This document shows, in pieces, positions 8,136 through 16,714 of a stretch of DNA of 32,000 nt; position 1 is the stretch's first letter, and each line of letters starts with the position of its first letter. The stretch spans positions 44,931-76,930 of the forward strand of contig JAITRB010000004.1 in assembly GCA_031288595.1 (NCBI GenBank), in the 5' to 3' direction. This stretch comes from Puniceicoccales bacterium. Lineage in GTDB: Bacteria; Verrucomicrobiota; Verrucomicrobiia; Opitutales; JAIRLG01. The notes beneath the pieces are model-generated. The model saw nothing but the letters and a program-made list of their open reading frames with translations, made no database searches and was not told where the DNA came from. Made by a program: the position numbers and the translations under genes.

Positions 8136-8318
8136 TCAGCTCACCTTGGGGTCGATGACCTGGCGACCGCGATAGACGCCCGTCGTCGGATGGACGTGAT
8201 GGGGAAGGAAAAAGCTGCCGTCCTGGGGATCCTTGTCGAACTGCGGCATCGCAAAACGATTAGCCCCGCGGCGTTTGCGGCTTCTCTGCTTGGACTGCTT
8301 GCGCTTTGGAACGGCCAT
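8136..8318 (-). CDS. rpmF: 50S ribosomal protein L32 (no zinc-ribbon cysteines)
   Basis: 60 aa starting MAVPKRKQSKQRSRKRR, the canonical L32 N-terminus. Located upstream of plsX. Confidence 0.9.
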   Translation of the reverse strand: MAVPKRKQSKQRSRKRRGANRFAMPQFDKDPQDGSFFLPHHVHPTTGVYRGRQVIDPKVS

Positions 8319-8393
8319 TTTCGGAATCTACTGCAACCGGAATATATCTCCATACGCTGCGCGCCGGAGGCCCTGCGTCAAGAAATTACTGTA

Positions 8394-8433
8394 AAAATAA
8401 AAAGGACGGCCCCTGCCATTCCGAGTCCGTCCC
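8394..8433 (-). terminator. Candidate intrinsic terminator, about 240 nt downstream of the topoisomerase gene
   Basis: Minus strand reads GGACGG(8433-8428)-17 nt loop-CCGTCC(8410-8405) followed by TTTTTATTTTT (8404-8394). The stem can extend by 3 more pairs after one mismatch. Confidence 0.45.
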
Positions 8434-8675
8434 TATGGGCGAAGGGCTGATGCGAGGATTCCCTGAGAATTTTTAGCGCCGCCCAAAGCGCTCATGAATG
8501 ATGCAGATTGTGGGAGCAGAGGATGGGCGAGGAATAACAGGAATTCCCTCATTTGAGGGGAAAGCATCGGCTAAAAATCCCTCCATCCTAAACCAGGATG
8601 GACCGTAAAGCTCAAATCCTCCTCAAATTCATTTCACCCGAGCTCTCCAGACTGAATGCTAGTACGAGAGAAGGT

Positions 8676-11189
8676 TTACGAAGCCTCTTCGGATGGGTTG
8701 CTCTTGGCCGCGGCCCTGGTTCGGGGTGGGAAGACGAAACGGAGCCCTCCATCGGATTTGAGGGCGAGCGTGGCGGCAAAGGGCTTGCCGGTACGGCGGG
8801 AAATGAAGCCCTCGATGAGTTCCGTCTTTTTTTTCTGAAGGAGCTGCCGTATATGCTCGGGAGCAATGGGCGCACCCAGCATCGTCTTAGCAATCCGGAA
8901 GCGACAGGCGGGCTTTTTCTCCGCAAAGGTCCGTTCGCAGAGGTAGTAGTTCTCGATTTCGAAGATGCGATTCCCCTCTTTGTGGAAGGGACAAGCACCG
9001 ATGATAGGGTAAGTTTCCAGCTCTTGGAGCGAGGGAATGCCGGGAGACTCCTCCTTCTTCCTGTTCTCCTCGAAGGCGAAGTGAACATGCCAGTCCTCGT
9101 CGAGGGTCAGGTAGGCGTTGAAAGGACGGCCGGCCTTGGAGTGGAATTTCTCCAGTAGGGGTGTCTTGCGATCTCGGAGGAGCTGCTGGTATTCCTCCAG
9201 CGCCATGCGTCGGCCGGCCACAGTCTTGTAGAGCGTCAGGAGCCCATCCTGGGAGCGGTAGCAGCGCAGCATTTCCAGCATGGGCTTTTGGTCGCTGGGA
9301 GAGAGGAGTTCCGACGGACTGGCGTCGCTCTCGCTCTCCTGGAATTGCCGGATGCTGGCGATCATCTGCCGGGTCATGTCGGCGATGCCCTGGCGAAAAT
9401 GTTCAGGCGGGAGCTGGCGATTTTCTATCTGCCGGAGGCGGAATTCCCATTCGCCGGTCATGGCCGGGCTCGTGATGGGGCCAACCTGGACCTTTTCGAG
9501 GAAGCAGAGCAGGTCTTCCGCTTTAGCCGTCGGAATGAGGTCTTTCTGCTCGCGCTCCATGTACTGGAAGTCGATGAGGTGCTCGATGATCTGCGCCCGG
9601 GTGGCCGGCGTGCCCAAGCCGCGCTCCTTCATCGCTTCGGCCAGTTCCTCATCCTCGACGACCTTGCCCGCTCCCTCCATCATGGCCAACAGGGTCGCCT
9701 CGTTGTAGCGGGCCGGTGCTTTGGTGACTTCCGAAACGGCGCCCACTTCGAGCATCTTTCCGGAGGGCGGCTGTCCGTCCCGTTCATGGAGCGCGACGAG
9801 CGTTTCATCCGCCTCTTTCCCCACTTCTCGACCGTAGACCTCCAACCAACCGGCCTTTACCAAGACCTTGCCCTCGGTCTTGAATCCGTGGGGCCCGACA
9901 AAGGTCATTCGGGTCGTGACGTCGAACTCGGCCGCCGGAAAGAAGACGGCCAGGAATCTCCGGACGACCATCTCGTAGACCTTTTCCTCGCTCTCGCTCA
10001 AACCGGTCGGCTGCTTGCCGGTCGGGATGATGGCGAAGTGATCGCTGATACCCTTATTGTTGAAAATCTTCCGATTCTTGCCATCGACGCCGTGGTGCTC
10101 GAGGATCTTTTGGGCCAGCGGCATATACTCCCCTGACAAGGAGGCGAGCAGTTCCCGACAGGTCGCGACATAATCCTCCGGCAAGGCCTGGGAATCGGTG
10201 CGTGGGTAGGTGATGCACTTGTGTCTCTCATAGAGCGATTGGGCGATTTTCAGGGTCATGCCAGCCGGCAGGTGGAAGCGAGCATTGGCCTCCCTCTGCA
10301 AGAGGGTCAGGTCGTAGAGCTTAGGGGCGCCCTGTGAGCTGCGCTTTTTCTTTTCCTCGATGCGGATTTCCTCCGAATGGGCTCGGAGGTCCACCAGCAG
10401 GGCTTCGACCTCGGAAAAGTTCCAGAGGCGCTCGATGCGGTCGTGAGCATCATTGGGATTTTTCCTGAAATCTTTCCTCTGGAAGACCCCTTCGTAGTTC
10501 CCGTTGTGGATTTGAAACTGCCCGACGATTCTCCAGTAGTCCCTGGCTTGGAAGTTCCGGATTTCCCGCTCCCGAGCGACGATCATCGCCAAAGTGGGGG
10601 TCTGGACCCGGCCGACGCTGACTACGCGGCGGGTGCCACGGCCGGCAATGCGCAGGGTCAGGGCCCGTGTCCCGTTGATGCCGACGATCCAGTCCGCTTC
10701 GGAGCGGCAGCGGGCGGCGGCTTGCAGGGCCTGCATCTCCTCTGAGGAACGCAGATGGGCAAAGGCCGTTCGGATCGATTCTGGGGTCATCGAGGAGAGC
10801 CAGAGGCGTTGGAAGGGCTTCTTGTTGCCGGCCAGTTCACAGATATAGGAGAAGATCAGCTCGCCCTCTCGACCGGCGTCGCAGGCATTGATGAGCCCGT
10901 CGATGTCGCGGCGATGGAGCAGCTTCTTGAGCTCGCCGAAACGTTTCTTGCTCGCCTCGATGACCTGGAGACCGAATTTTTCCGGAATGATGGGCAGGGA
11001 TTCCAATGTCCAGCGCTTGTAGCGCGCATCGATGTCCTCCGGCATGGACAGCTCGACCAGGTGGCCAACGGCCCAGCTCACGACGTAGTCCTCGTTCTCG
11101 AAGCAGTCCTCCTTCGCCTGAAACTTCCCCAACACCTTGACCAGATCTCGAGCGACGCTGGGTTTCTCGGCGATGACCAGTTTCTTCAT
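8676..11189 (-). CDS. topB: DNA topoisomerase III (type IA) with C-terminal repeat and zinc-ribbon-like extension
   Basis: 837 aa. Toprim start KLVIAEKPSVA, WAVGHL, DAGREGELIF, SVGRVQTPTL, active-site Tyr context ITYPRTDS, GLGTPATRA. The pattern fits TopB rather than TopA. Confidence 0.85.
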   Translation of the reverse strand: MKKLVIAEKPSVARDLVKVLGKFQAKEDCFENEDYVVSWAVGHLVELSMPEDIDARYKRWTLESLPIIPEKFGLQVIEASKKRFGELKKLLHRRDIDGLINACDAGREGELIFSYICELAGNKKPFQRLWLSSMTPESIRTAFAHLRSSEEMQALQAAARCRSEADWIVGINGTRALTLRIAGRGTRRVVSVGRVQTPTLAMIVAREREIRNFQARDYWRIVGQFQIHNGNYEGVFQRKDFRKNPNDAHDRIERLWNFSEVEALLVDLRAHSEEIRIEEKKKRSSQGAPKLYDLTLLQREANARFHLPAGMTLKIAQSLYERHKCITYPRTDSQALPEDYVATCRELLASLSGEYMPLAQKILEHHGVDGKNRKIFNNKGISDHFAIIPTGKQPTGLSESEEKVYEMVVRRFLAVFFPAAEFDVTTRMTFVGPHGFKTEGKVLVKAGWLEVYGREVGKEADETLVALHERDGQPPSGKMLEVGAVSEVTKAPARYNEATLLAMMEGAGKVVEDEELAEAMKERGLGTPATRAQIIEHLIDFQYMEREQKDLIPTAKAEDLLCFLEKVQVGPITSPAMTGEWEFRLRQIENRQLPPEHFRQGIADMTRQMIASIRQFQESESDASPSELLSPSDQKPMLEMLRCYRSQDGLLTLYKTVAGRRMALEEYQQLLRDRKTPLLEKFHSKAGRPFNAYLTLDEDWHVHFAFEENRKKEESPGIPSLQELETYPIIGACPFHKEGNRIFEIENYYLCERTFAEKKPACRFRIAKTMLGAPIAPEHIRQLLQKKKTELIEGFISRRTGKPFAATLALKSDGGLRFVFPPRTRAAAKSNPSEEAS

Positions 11190-11738
11190 GAAGCTCTGAC
11201 CAATGCGAAGTCTTCCAAAAGGTCAATTTTTCTTTCGGGAGATGAAAAATCCAGCGGCAAAAATACCTCGCAGCAGTGGTGTTCATCCCTCGGATCCCTC
11301 AGTCATTCCGCTTCATCCGGTGAATCCGCCAGCAGCCGGCATCGGCTCTGTTATCACTCAGAAGCTCTCCGAGCCCCTCCACCTCAGCTCGAAGACCGTT
11401 CCGACATCCTCTACGTCCATCCAAGCCAGTCGCGCTGTGTCCCTCCAGGCTTGAGATCTGGGGCTAGAAAAACCGGAGTGAGCCCTTAGCGCCGCTGCCG
11501 ACGGAAGAGCTCCCGATCGCTTGTGAATCGCGAGCCTATCGTCTGCTGGACCGTAGATTGGCCTTCTACGTATCCTACAAGTTTTATCCTGAAGTTCAAC
11601 GCCGTTTGGCTCCTGGAGAATGGAGGAATGCTTTCCCGAGCTCGATTTTCCGGGGGAGGATAAAAAAGAACTCGAGGACATTGACCGCTAGCTCTGGCTT
11701 GTGTTCGGATACATTTTTCCTTTAATAGGAAGGTGAGT

Positions 11739-12974
11739 ATGGGCGTATTTTACTACGAGGTTCTCGATCGGGCGAAAGGGAAGGAAAGCGGCACGCTGGA
11801 GGCGAACGACAAGAAACAGGCCGTACAGCTGCTGATCCAAAAAGGCTGGCATGTCCTCGTTCTGAAGGAAAAAAAGTTCCGTGTGAAACGCGCCCAGATG
11901 AAACACCCAGGCGTGCCTGCGCTGGGCCGCTTCTGGGTCAATAAGCAGAAGATCCACTTCAATTTTCTCTACAAATTCCTGCAGCTGCACAGCGGGGGAC
12001 TATCCCCTGGAGATGCGCTGAAGGTCATGCGCACCCGCCTAAAATCACCGGCGGAACAGGCGCTGGCCGAGGCGGTACATAAGCAGCTCTGCGAGGGTAA
12101 AACATTGGCAACAGCCATGAAGCTCTATCCGGATATTTTTCCCGAGGGCACGGTTTACATGATCGAGGCCGGCGAAAAGACCGGAAACCTCATCCCTATT
12201 ATCGGTAATTTGATCCGCTTCATGGAGGTGCAGGCAGAGGTGAAGAAGCGCTTCATCGCAGGGATATCCTATCCGCTCCTGGTCTGTAGTATCGCGATGG
12301 CAGTGGTGGTCCTGTTCATCTTCTACCTCCTGCCGCGAATCCAGAAGATGATGACTTCGATGGGTGGAGAATTGCCCCTGCTAACCCGTCTTCTCCTGGG
12401 AGGGGCGCACTTTCTCCAGGACTGGGGGCTCTCCATCCTCGCCATCATCGGCGTCGGCAGCCTTGCTCTCCTGCGCTTCCGCCAGACGGCGATGGGCCGC
12501 GTGTGGACGGACCGCTGGCTGACCTATTTACCGCTCCTGAGGGGCATCGTCAACGGCTCCTACTACTGCCAGACGGCGAATCTGCTGGCTACGCTTTTAG
12601 GGAGTGGCATCAATACCACCGAGGCCATGCAGCTGGCCGAACAGGCTACGTCGAACCGCTACCACCGCCTGCACTTCGCCGAGGCGCGGCGCAAGGTCCT
12701 GGATGGCGTGGCCATAACCCAGGCCTTCGACAAGCACCATGTGCTTCCGGTGGAGGCACTGGATATCCTCTCGGTCGGGGAAAACACAGGTGACCTGGCC
12801 TCCTCCTTCCGGGAGATCTTTAAAATCCACAACGGCGAGCTGAGCGAGAAGCTGCACTCCCTAACGGTGACGGTTTCCTCCATCGCCCTGGGCTTCGCCT
12901 TCTCTCTGGTCGCCATCCTAGCCATGAGCATCGTCATGAGCGTCATGAAGTTCAGTGCGACAGTGGTGGGCTAG
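11739..12974 (+). CDS. Type II secretion / type IV pilus platform protein (GspF/PilC family)
   Basis: Track ORF starts at GTG 11733. ATG 11739 lies 7 nt after AGGAAGG (11725-11731) and is preferred. N-terminus MGVFYYEVLDRAKGKESGTLEA..., two GspF-type repeats (GLSPGDALKVM.. / GINTTEAMQLA..) and three TM segments. Confidence 0.82.
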   Translation: MGVFYYEVLDRAKGKESGTLEANDKKQAVQLLIQKGWHVLVLKEKKFRVKRAQMKHPGVPALGRFWVNKQKIHFNFLYKFLQLHSGGLSPGDALKVMRTRLKSPAEQALAEAVHKQLCEGKTLATAMKLYPDIFPEGTVYMIEAGEKTGNLIPIIGNLIRFMEVQAEVKKRFIAGISYPLLVCSIAMAVVVLFIFYLLPRIQKMMTSMGGELPLLTRLLLGGAHFLQDWGLSILAIIGVGSLALLRFRQTAMGRVWTDRWLTYLPLLRGIVNGSYYCQTANLLATLLGSGINTTEAMQLAEQATSNRYHRLHFAEARRKVLDGVAITQAFDKHHVLPVEALDILSVGENTGDLASSFREIFKIHNGELSEKLHSLTVTVSSIALGFAFSLVAILAMSIVMSVMKFSATVVG

Positions 12975-13018
12975 GGGTGTTGGGCCTGCAGGGCAGACGG
13001 GTGCTAGCGTCGGGGTAC

Positions 13019-13115
13019 TTGCCGGCTTTCCCCCGGAGGGCCCAGGACATCTGTCCTGGGCCCTCCGGGGAGCCCGCAGAGCGGGCATGATTCCTTTGGA
13101 ATCGAAAGCCGGCAA
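13019..13115 (-). repeat. Four-way-junction palindromic element, copy E6 (orientation B)
   Basis: Closing stem 13019-13030/13104-13115 (12 bp, TTGCCGGCTTTC/GAAAGCCGGCAA). Long hairpin 13031-13070 CCCCGGAGGGCCCAGGAC-atct-GTCCTGGGCCCTCCGGGG. Core hairpin 13072-13086 GCCCGC-aga-GCGGGC. Short hairpin 13089-13103 GATTCC-ttt-GGAATC. Sits between the convergent gspF-like and thrS stops. Confidence 0.88.
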
Positions 13116-13165
13116 AAAAACACCTCCCTGAACCGCCAGCGCATAAGCTCAGGAAGGCCTCTCTC

Positions 13166-15010
13166 TCAATGGCCAGCCGTTTGGAGCTCGGGCAATGTCC
13201 TGTTTTGAACCAGTGCGACAATTTTAGCCACGGCCTCTTCCTGCGGATGACTACCTTCCAGGCCCTTGTGGATTCTCGAGCGAATCGAAACCGCCGACAT
13301 CCCGGCCTCCTTGGGACCCAGGATGAAGAGGTGTGGTACTCGCTCCAGTTCTGCCCGACGGATCTTGGCTCCCAGCGGTTCGGAATGCCCATCCAGGCTG
13401 GCTCGGATTTTCCTGGCCTTCAGCTGCGACAATACCCGAGAGGCTTCCGGTAAAAGGCTGTCGCTGAGGCTAAGGATACGCACCTGTTCTGGGGCCAGCC
13501 AGGTCGGAAAATCCCCACCGAAATGCTCGATGAGCAGGCCGCAGAAGCGCTCGAAGGAGCCCAGCGGCGCCCGATGGATCATGATGGGCCGATGCGGCTG
13601 GTTGTCGTTACCGGTGTAGCTGAGCTGAAAGCGCTGCGGGAGGTTATAATCCACTTGAATGGTCCCCAGCTGCCACTCGCGGCCGATAACATCGCGGATG
13701 ACGAAGTCGATCTTCGGGCCGTAGAAGGCAGCTTCTCCGGCCTCGAGCGAAACCGGCACGCCTAGTGCTTCTGCGGCTTTTTGCAGAATCGCCTCTGCCG
13801 AATCCCAGTTCTCCGCCTCGCCGACATATTTGGTGGAATCTGGATCTCGAAGGCCGATGCGCACCCGAAAGTCCGACATGCGCAAAGTAGCAAATACCTT
13901 TTGCACGATTTGGAGACAGCGGTTGATCTCGTCCTCCAGCTGCTCCTCGGTGCAGAAAATATGCGCATCATCTTGGGTAAATCCGCGAGAACGCGTCAGA
14001 CCGCTGAGCTCGCCCGACTGTTCCCAGCGGTAGACAGTGCCGAACTCCGCCAGGCGCAGAGGTAGCTCGCGGTAGGAGCGCGTTTGGGAGCGGTAGATCT
14101 GAATGTGGCCGGGACAGTTCATGGGCTTGAGCAGAAATCCGTCGAAATCGCCCCTCTCCAGTCCCTGTACCACCTCTCCGCAGGAAAGATGGCTCTGGGT
14201 GAGCTTTCCCAGAACATCGCGATCGGGCAGGGGAGGGTATTGGGACTCCCTGTAATAGGGAAAATGTCCGGAAGTACGGAACAGCTCCAGTCTGGCGATG
14301 TGGGGGGTGAAGACCTGCTCATAGCCCTGCTGCTCCAACTCCTCCAGGAGAAATTTCTGCAACTCATGCCGGATGATGGCTCCGCGGGGCAGCCAGAGGA
14401 TGAGGCCCTGCCCAAAGTTCTCGTCGATCAGAAAGAGCTGCATCTCCTTCCCAATCCGGCGGTGGTCGCGCTTCTTGGCCTCTTCGAGCCGGAAAAGATG
14501 GGCATCGAGCTCATTCTGAGAGGCGAAAGCGCTGCCGTAAATCCGCTGCAGTTGCCTGTTTTTCTCGTCTCCGCGATAGTAGGCGCCGGCAATGCTCAGC
14601 AATTTGAATGCCTTGATCTCCGAACTGCGCCCCACATGTCCCCCGCGGCAGAGGTCGATGAATTCCCCATTGCGGTAGAGCGTAATCGTCTCATCAGAGG
14701 GGATGTCGGCCAAGCGCTCCAATTTATAGGGCTGCCCCTTTTCCCGGAACAGGTGGGCCGCTTCCTCGCGAGATACGACCTGGCACTCGAAGACCTGATC
14801 TTCGGCGATGATTTTTCGCATTTCCTCCTCCAGGCGCGGGAGATCTTCCGCAGTCAGGGGGCTCGCCAGGTCGATGTCGTAGTAAAATCCCTGCGATGTG
14901 GTCGGACCAATGTCCAGTTTAGCCCCCGGGAAGAGGCGCAGGACGGCGGCTGCCAGCACATGGGCAGCTGAATGCCGTATGGCCAAGAGCTCGGATTCGG
15001 AATTCGTCAT
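13166..15010 (-). CDS. thrS: Threonine--tRNA ligase lacking the N-terminal TGS domain
   Basis: 614 aa. Begins at the editing-domain motif IRHSAAHVLA. Class II core KPMNCPGH, FTQDDAHIF, IHRA. Anticodon-binding C-terminus. Confidence 0.92.
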   Translation of the reverse strand: MTNSESELLAIRHSAAHVLAAAVLRLFPGAKLDIGPTTSQGFYYDIDLASPLTAEDLPRLEEEMRKIIAEDQVFECQVVSREEAAHLFREKGQPYKLERLADIPSDETITLYRNGEFIDLCRGGHVGRSSEIKAFKLLSIAGAYYRGDEKNRQLQRIYGSAFASQNELDAHLFRLEEAKKRDHRRIGKEMQLFLIDENFGQGLILWLPRGAIIRHELQKFLLEELEQQGYEQVFTPHIARLELFRTSGHFPYYRESQYPPLPDRDVLGKLTQSHLSCGEVVQGLERGDFDGFLLKPMNCPGHIQIYRSQTRSYRELPLRLAEFGTVYRWEQSGELSGLTRSRGFTQDDAHIFCTEEQLEDEINRCLQIVQKVFATLRMSDFRVRIGLRDPDSTKYVGEAENWDSAEAILQKAAEALGVPVSLEAGEAAFYGPKIDFVIRDVIGREWQLGTIQVDYNLPQRFQLSYTGNDNQPHRPIMIHRAPLGSFERFCGLLIEHFGGDFPTWLAPEQVRILSLSDSLLPEASRVLSQLKARKIRASLDGHSEPLGAKIRRAELERVPHLFILGPKEAGMSAVSIRSRIHKGLEGSHPQEEAVAKIVALVQNRTLPELQTAGH

Positions 15011-15157
15011 GGCCTCCAGTAAAACAGATTTCTCCTGAAAAAATCAATCCCATTCCCTCAAGCTATCCCGCGGAACATCCTCCTCCGGCTGTCGGGAGCT
15101 CTCCGGGAAAACCTCAGGAAAGCCCCTAGGGATTCCTGTGCGGAGGGCTCAATCGAC

Positions 15158-15556
15158 TCAATTCTCTTCCTTCTCTTCCTCCGGAGCTTCCTCGGTATTT
15201 TTCTCCTTTCGGAGGCTGTCCCAATACTTCCAGAACGAGCTGTGCTGCTCCAGCATCATGGCTTCCGAAACGGGTAGTTTGAAGCGAAGGATGAAGTCGG
15301 AAAGTGAGTGTTCCGGGAGGACGTAGTGGCAGAAGAGACTGCCGTCCTCACGGCGCTCGAAATAGACCCGCCAGCGCTCGCTGCGGTAGCGGTAGAGCAG
15401 GTATCCGTCCCGCCGGAAGCAGCTGAAGTCGCCGGATGGGTCCTGCAGGTCCTCTTCCGAAATGCGGCCGATACTCTCCATCAGCCGCAGCTGTTCCTCC
15501 ATCGCCAGTTTCTGAAATTCGTGGAGGCTCTGTTCACTGAAGTTCACCTGCCGCAT
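15158..15556 (-). CDS. Hypothetical protein with RelE/ParE-toxin-like N-terminal half and an acidic C-terminal tail
   Basis: Track ORF is 15158..15751, but its first 65 aa are Arg-rich low complexity and overlap the divergent CPBP gene. The internal ATG at 15556 gives 132 aa: MRQVNFSEQSLHEFQKL...DGYLLYRYRSERWRVYFERREDGSLFCHYV. This matches the RelE/ParE sequence pattern. It is followed by ~55 aa ending EEAPEEEKEEN. Confidence 0.45.
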   Translation of the reverse strand: MRQVNFSEQSLHEFQKLAMEEQLRLMESIGRISEEDLQDPSGDFSCFRRDGYLLYRYRSERWRVYFERREDGSLFCHYVLPEHSLSDFILRFKLPVSEAMMLEQHSSFWKYWDSLRKEKNTEEAPEEEKEEN

Positions 15557-15666
15557 GGGGGCGATTGACGGAACTCGTGCGCCGCTGGCAAGAGCGAAAG
15601 AGAAGAGGGTAGGGGAGTGCCTCTCTCTTCCCGCTCCCTGCACTTGACACCTGGGGACATCGCCCG

Positions 15667-16662
15667 ATGCTCGCCGGAGTGAGCGAAGCGAGGAACATCT
15701 CCCCTGCGGAAGGGTCGATTTTCTTTCGGCAGGAGGTCTTTTCCTGCCCATCCATCGTTTGCCTCTACTTCAGCTCCCTTTTCCTGGCAGCACTTCTCAC
15801 GCCTCTGTTCATCCACCTGCTCCTGCTCTGGAATGTCAGGGCACCGAACGGCATTGGCTCCTACCTGCTGTCGAAAAACTTCGGGGTGATTTTCGACCGC
15901 GTGCACCTGTTCCTCTTCGCGCTGATGCTCGGCATAGGGGGCCTTCGGGCCTGCCGGACAGCGAAGCTCTGGGCCTCTGTTCGGGAAAGGCTGAAGCGGG
16001 ATGGAAGTTCGCAAATCGCTCTTTTCTGGAAATTCTTCGCCATCGGTGTGGCGATGGATCTGTGCCTGATGGGCCTGCAGATGTCTTTCTTCCCCTTTAC
16101 GCTCGTGCCCTGGACGCTGAAGGCGGTGAGATGGCCCCTCTATTATGGCCTGAGCGCGGGCTGTATCGCCCTTCTGGAGGAGACTTTTTTTCGCGGATGC
16201 CTCTTGGGGTCCCTGTTGCGCCTTCTGCGGGAGCGGTGGGCCATTTTTGCCAGCGCCCTGATCTTCGCCTATGCTCATTTCAGGGTTTCGCATTCCTCTT
16301 GGGAAGCACCAGAAGCAGTGACGTTGAGGAGCGGATTCCAGGCCCTATACCGGCACGTTTTCGGTGTTTTTCAAACTGCTCCTCCGCTGTCCCTAGCGAT
16401 TCTCTTCCTCTTGGGTCTCGTGCTGGCCCAGGTGGCACTCCGCCATCGCTCCCTTGCCCCAGCCATGGGTCTGCATGCAGGCATAGTCTGGATGCTCATG
16501 CTCTATAAAAAGGGTGTCGATGTGAGCGTAAATTTGCCACATCCCTTCCTGGGCACTTGGCGCCTGACGGATGCACCGGTGACCCTTTGCCCTCTTCTTT
16601 TGATGGCGTGTGGCCTGCGGTATTTGGCCCGAAGAGGGGAAGAAAGCGTCCCGGTGGATTAG
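15667..16662 (+). CDS. CPBP (CAAX protease / Abi, PF02517-type) intramembrane metalloprotease
   Basis: 331 aa polytopic membrane protein with the three CPBP motifs: LEETFFRG, IFAYAHF and GLHAGIVW. Exact start uncertain. Confidence 0.75.
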   Translation: MLAGVSEARNISPAEGSIFFRQEVFSCPSIVCLYFSSLFLAALLTPLFIHLLLLWNVRAPNGIGSYLLSKNFGVIFDRVHLFLFALMLGIGGLRACRTAKLWASVRERLKRDGSSQIALFWKFFAIGVAMDLCLMGLQMSFFPFTLVPWTLKAVRWPLYYGLSAGCIALLEETFFRGCLLGSLLRLLRERWAIFASALIFAYAHFRVSHSSWEAPEAVTLRSGFQALYRHVFGVFQTAPPLSLAILFLLGLVLAQVALRHRSLAPAMGLHAGIVWMLMLYKKGVDVSVNLPHPFLGTWRLTDAPVTLCPLLLMACGLRYLARRGEESVPVD

Positions 16663-16714
16663 GGTTTTAGGGTTGCGGACTCGGGGAGATCTTGCATGAG
16701 ATCCAATCACCGAT

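Noticed and set aside
15644..15649. Perfect TTGACA hexamer in the RelE-like/CPBP divergent gap.
   Set aside because: It lies only 17 nt from the CPBP ATG, and the sequence at the -10 position (ATGCTC) is poor, so it is not supportable as a promoter.
15557..15751. N-terminal extensions of track ORFs: 15158..15751, 21317..22153, 25027..25833, 22060..24876 and 28112..28396.
   Set aside because: The extensions are low-complexity, overlap neighbouring genes, or begin at TTG/GTG with poor spacing. Internal starts align with the canonical N-termini of the respective families.
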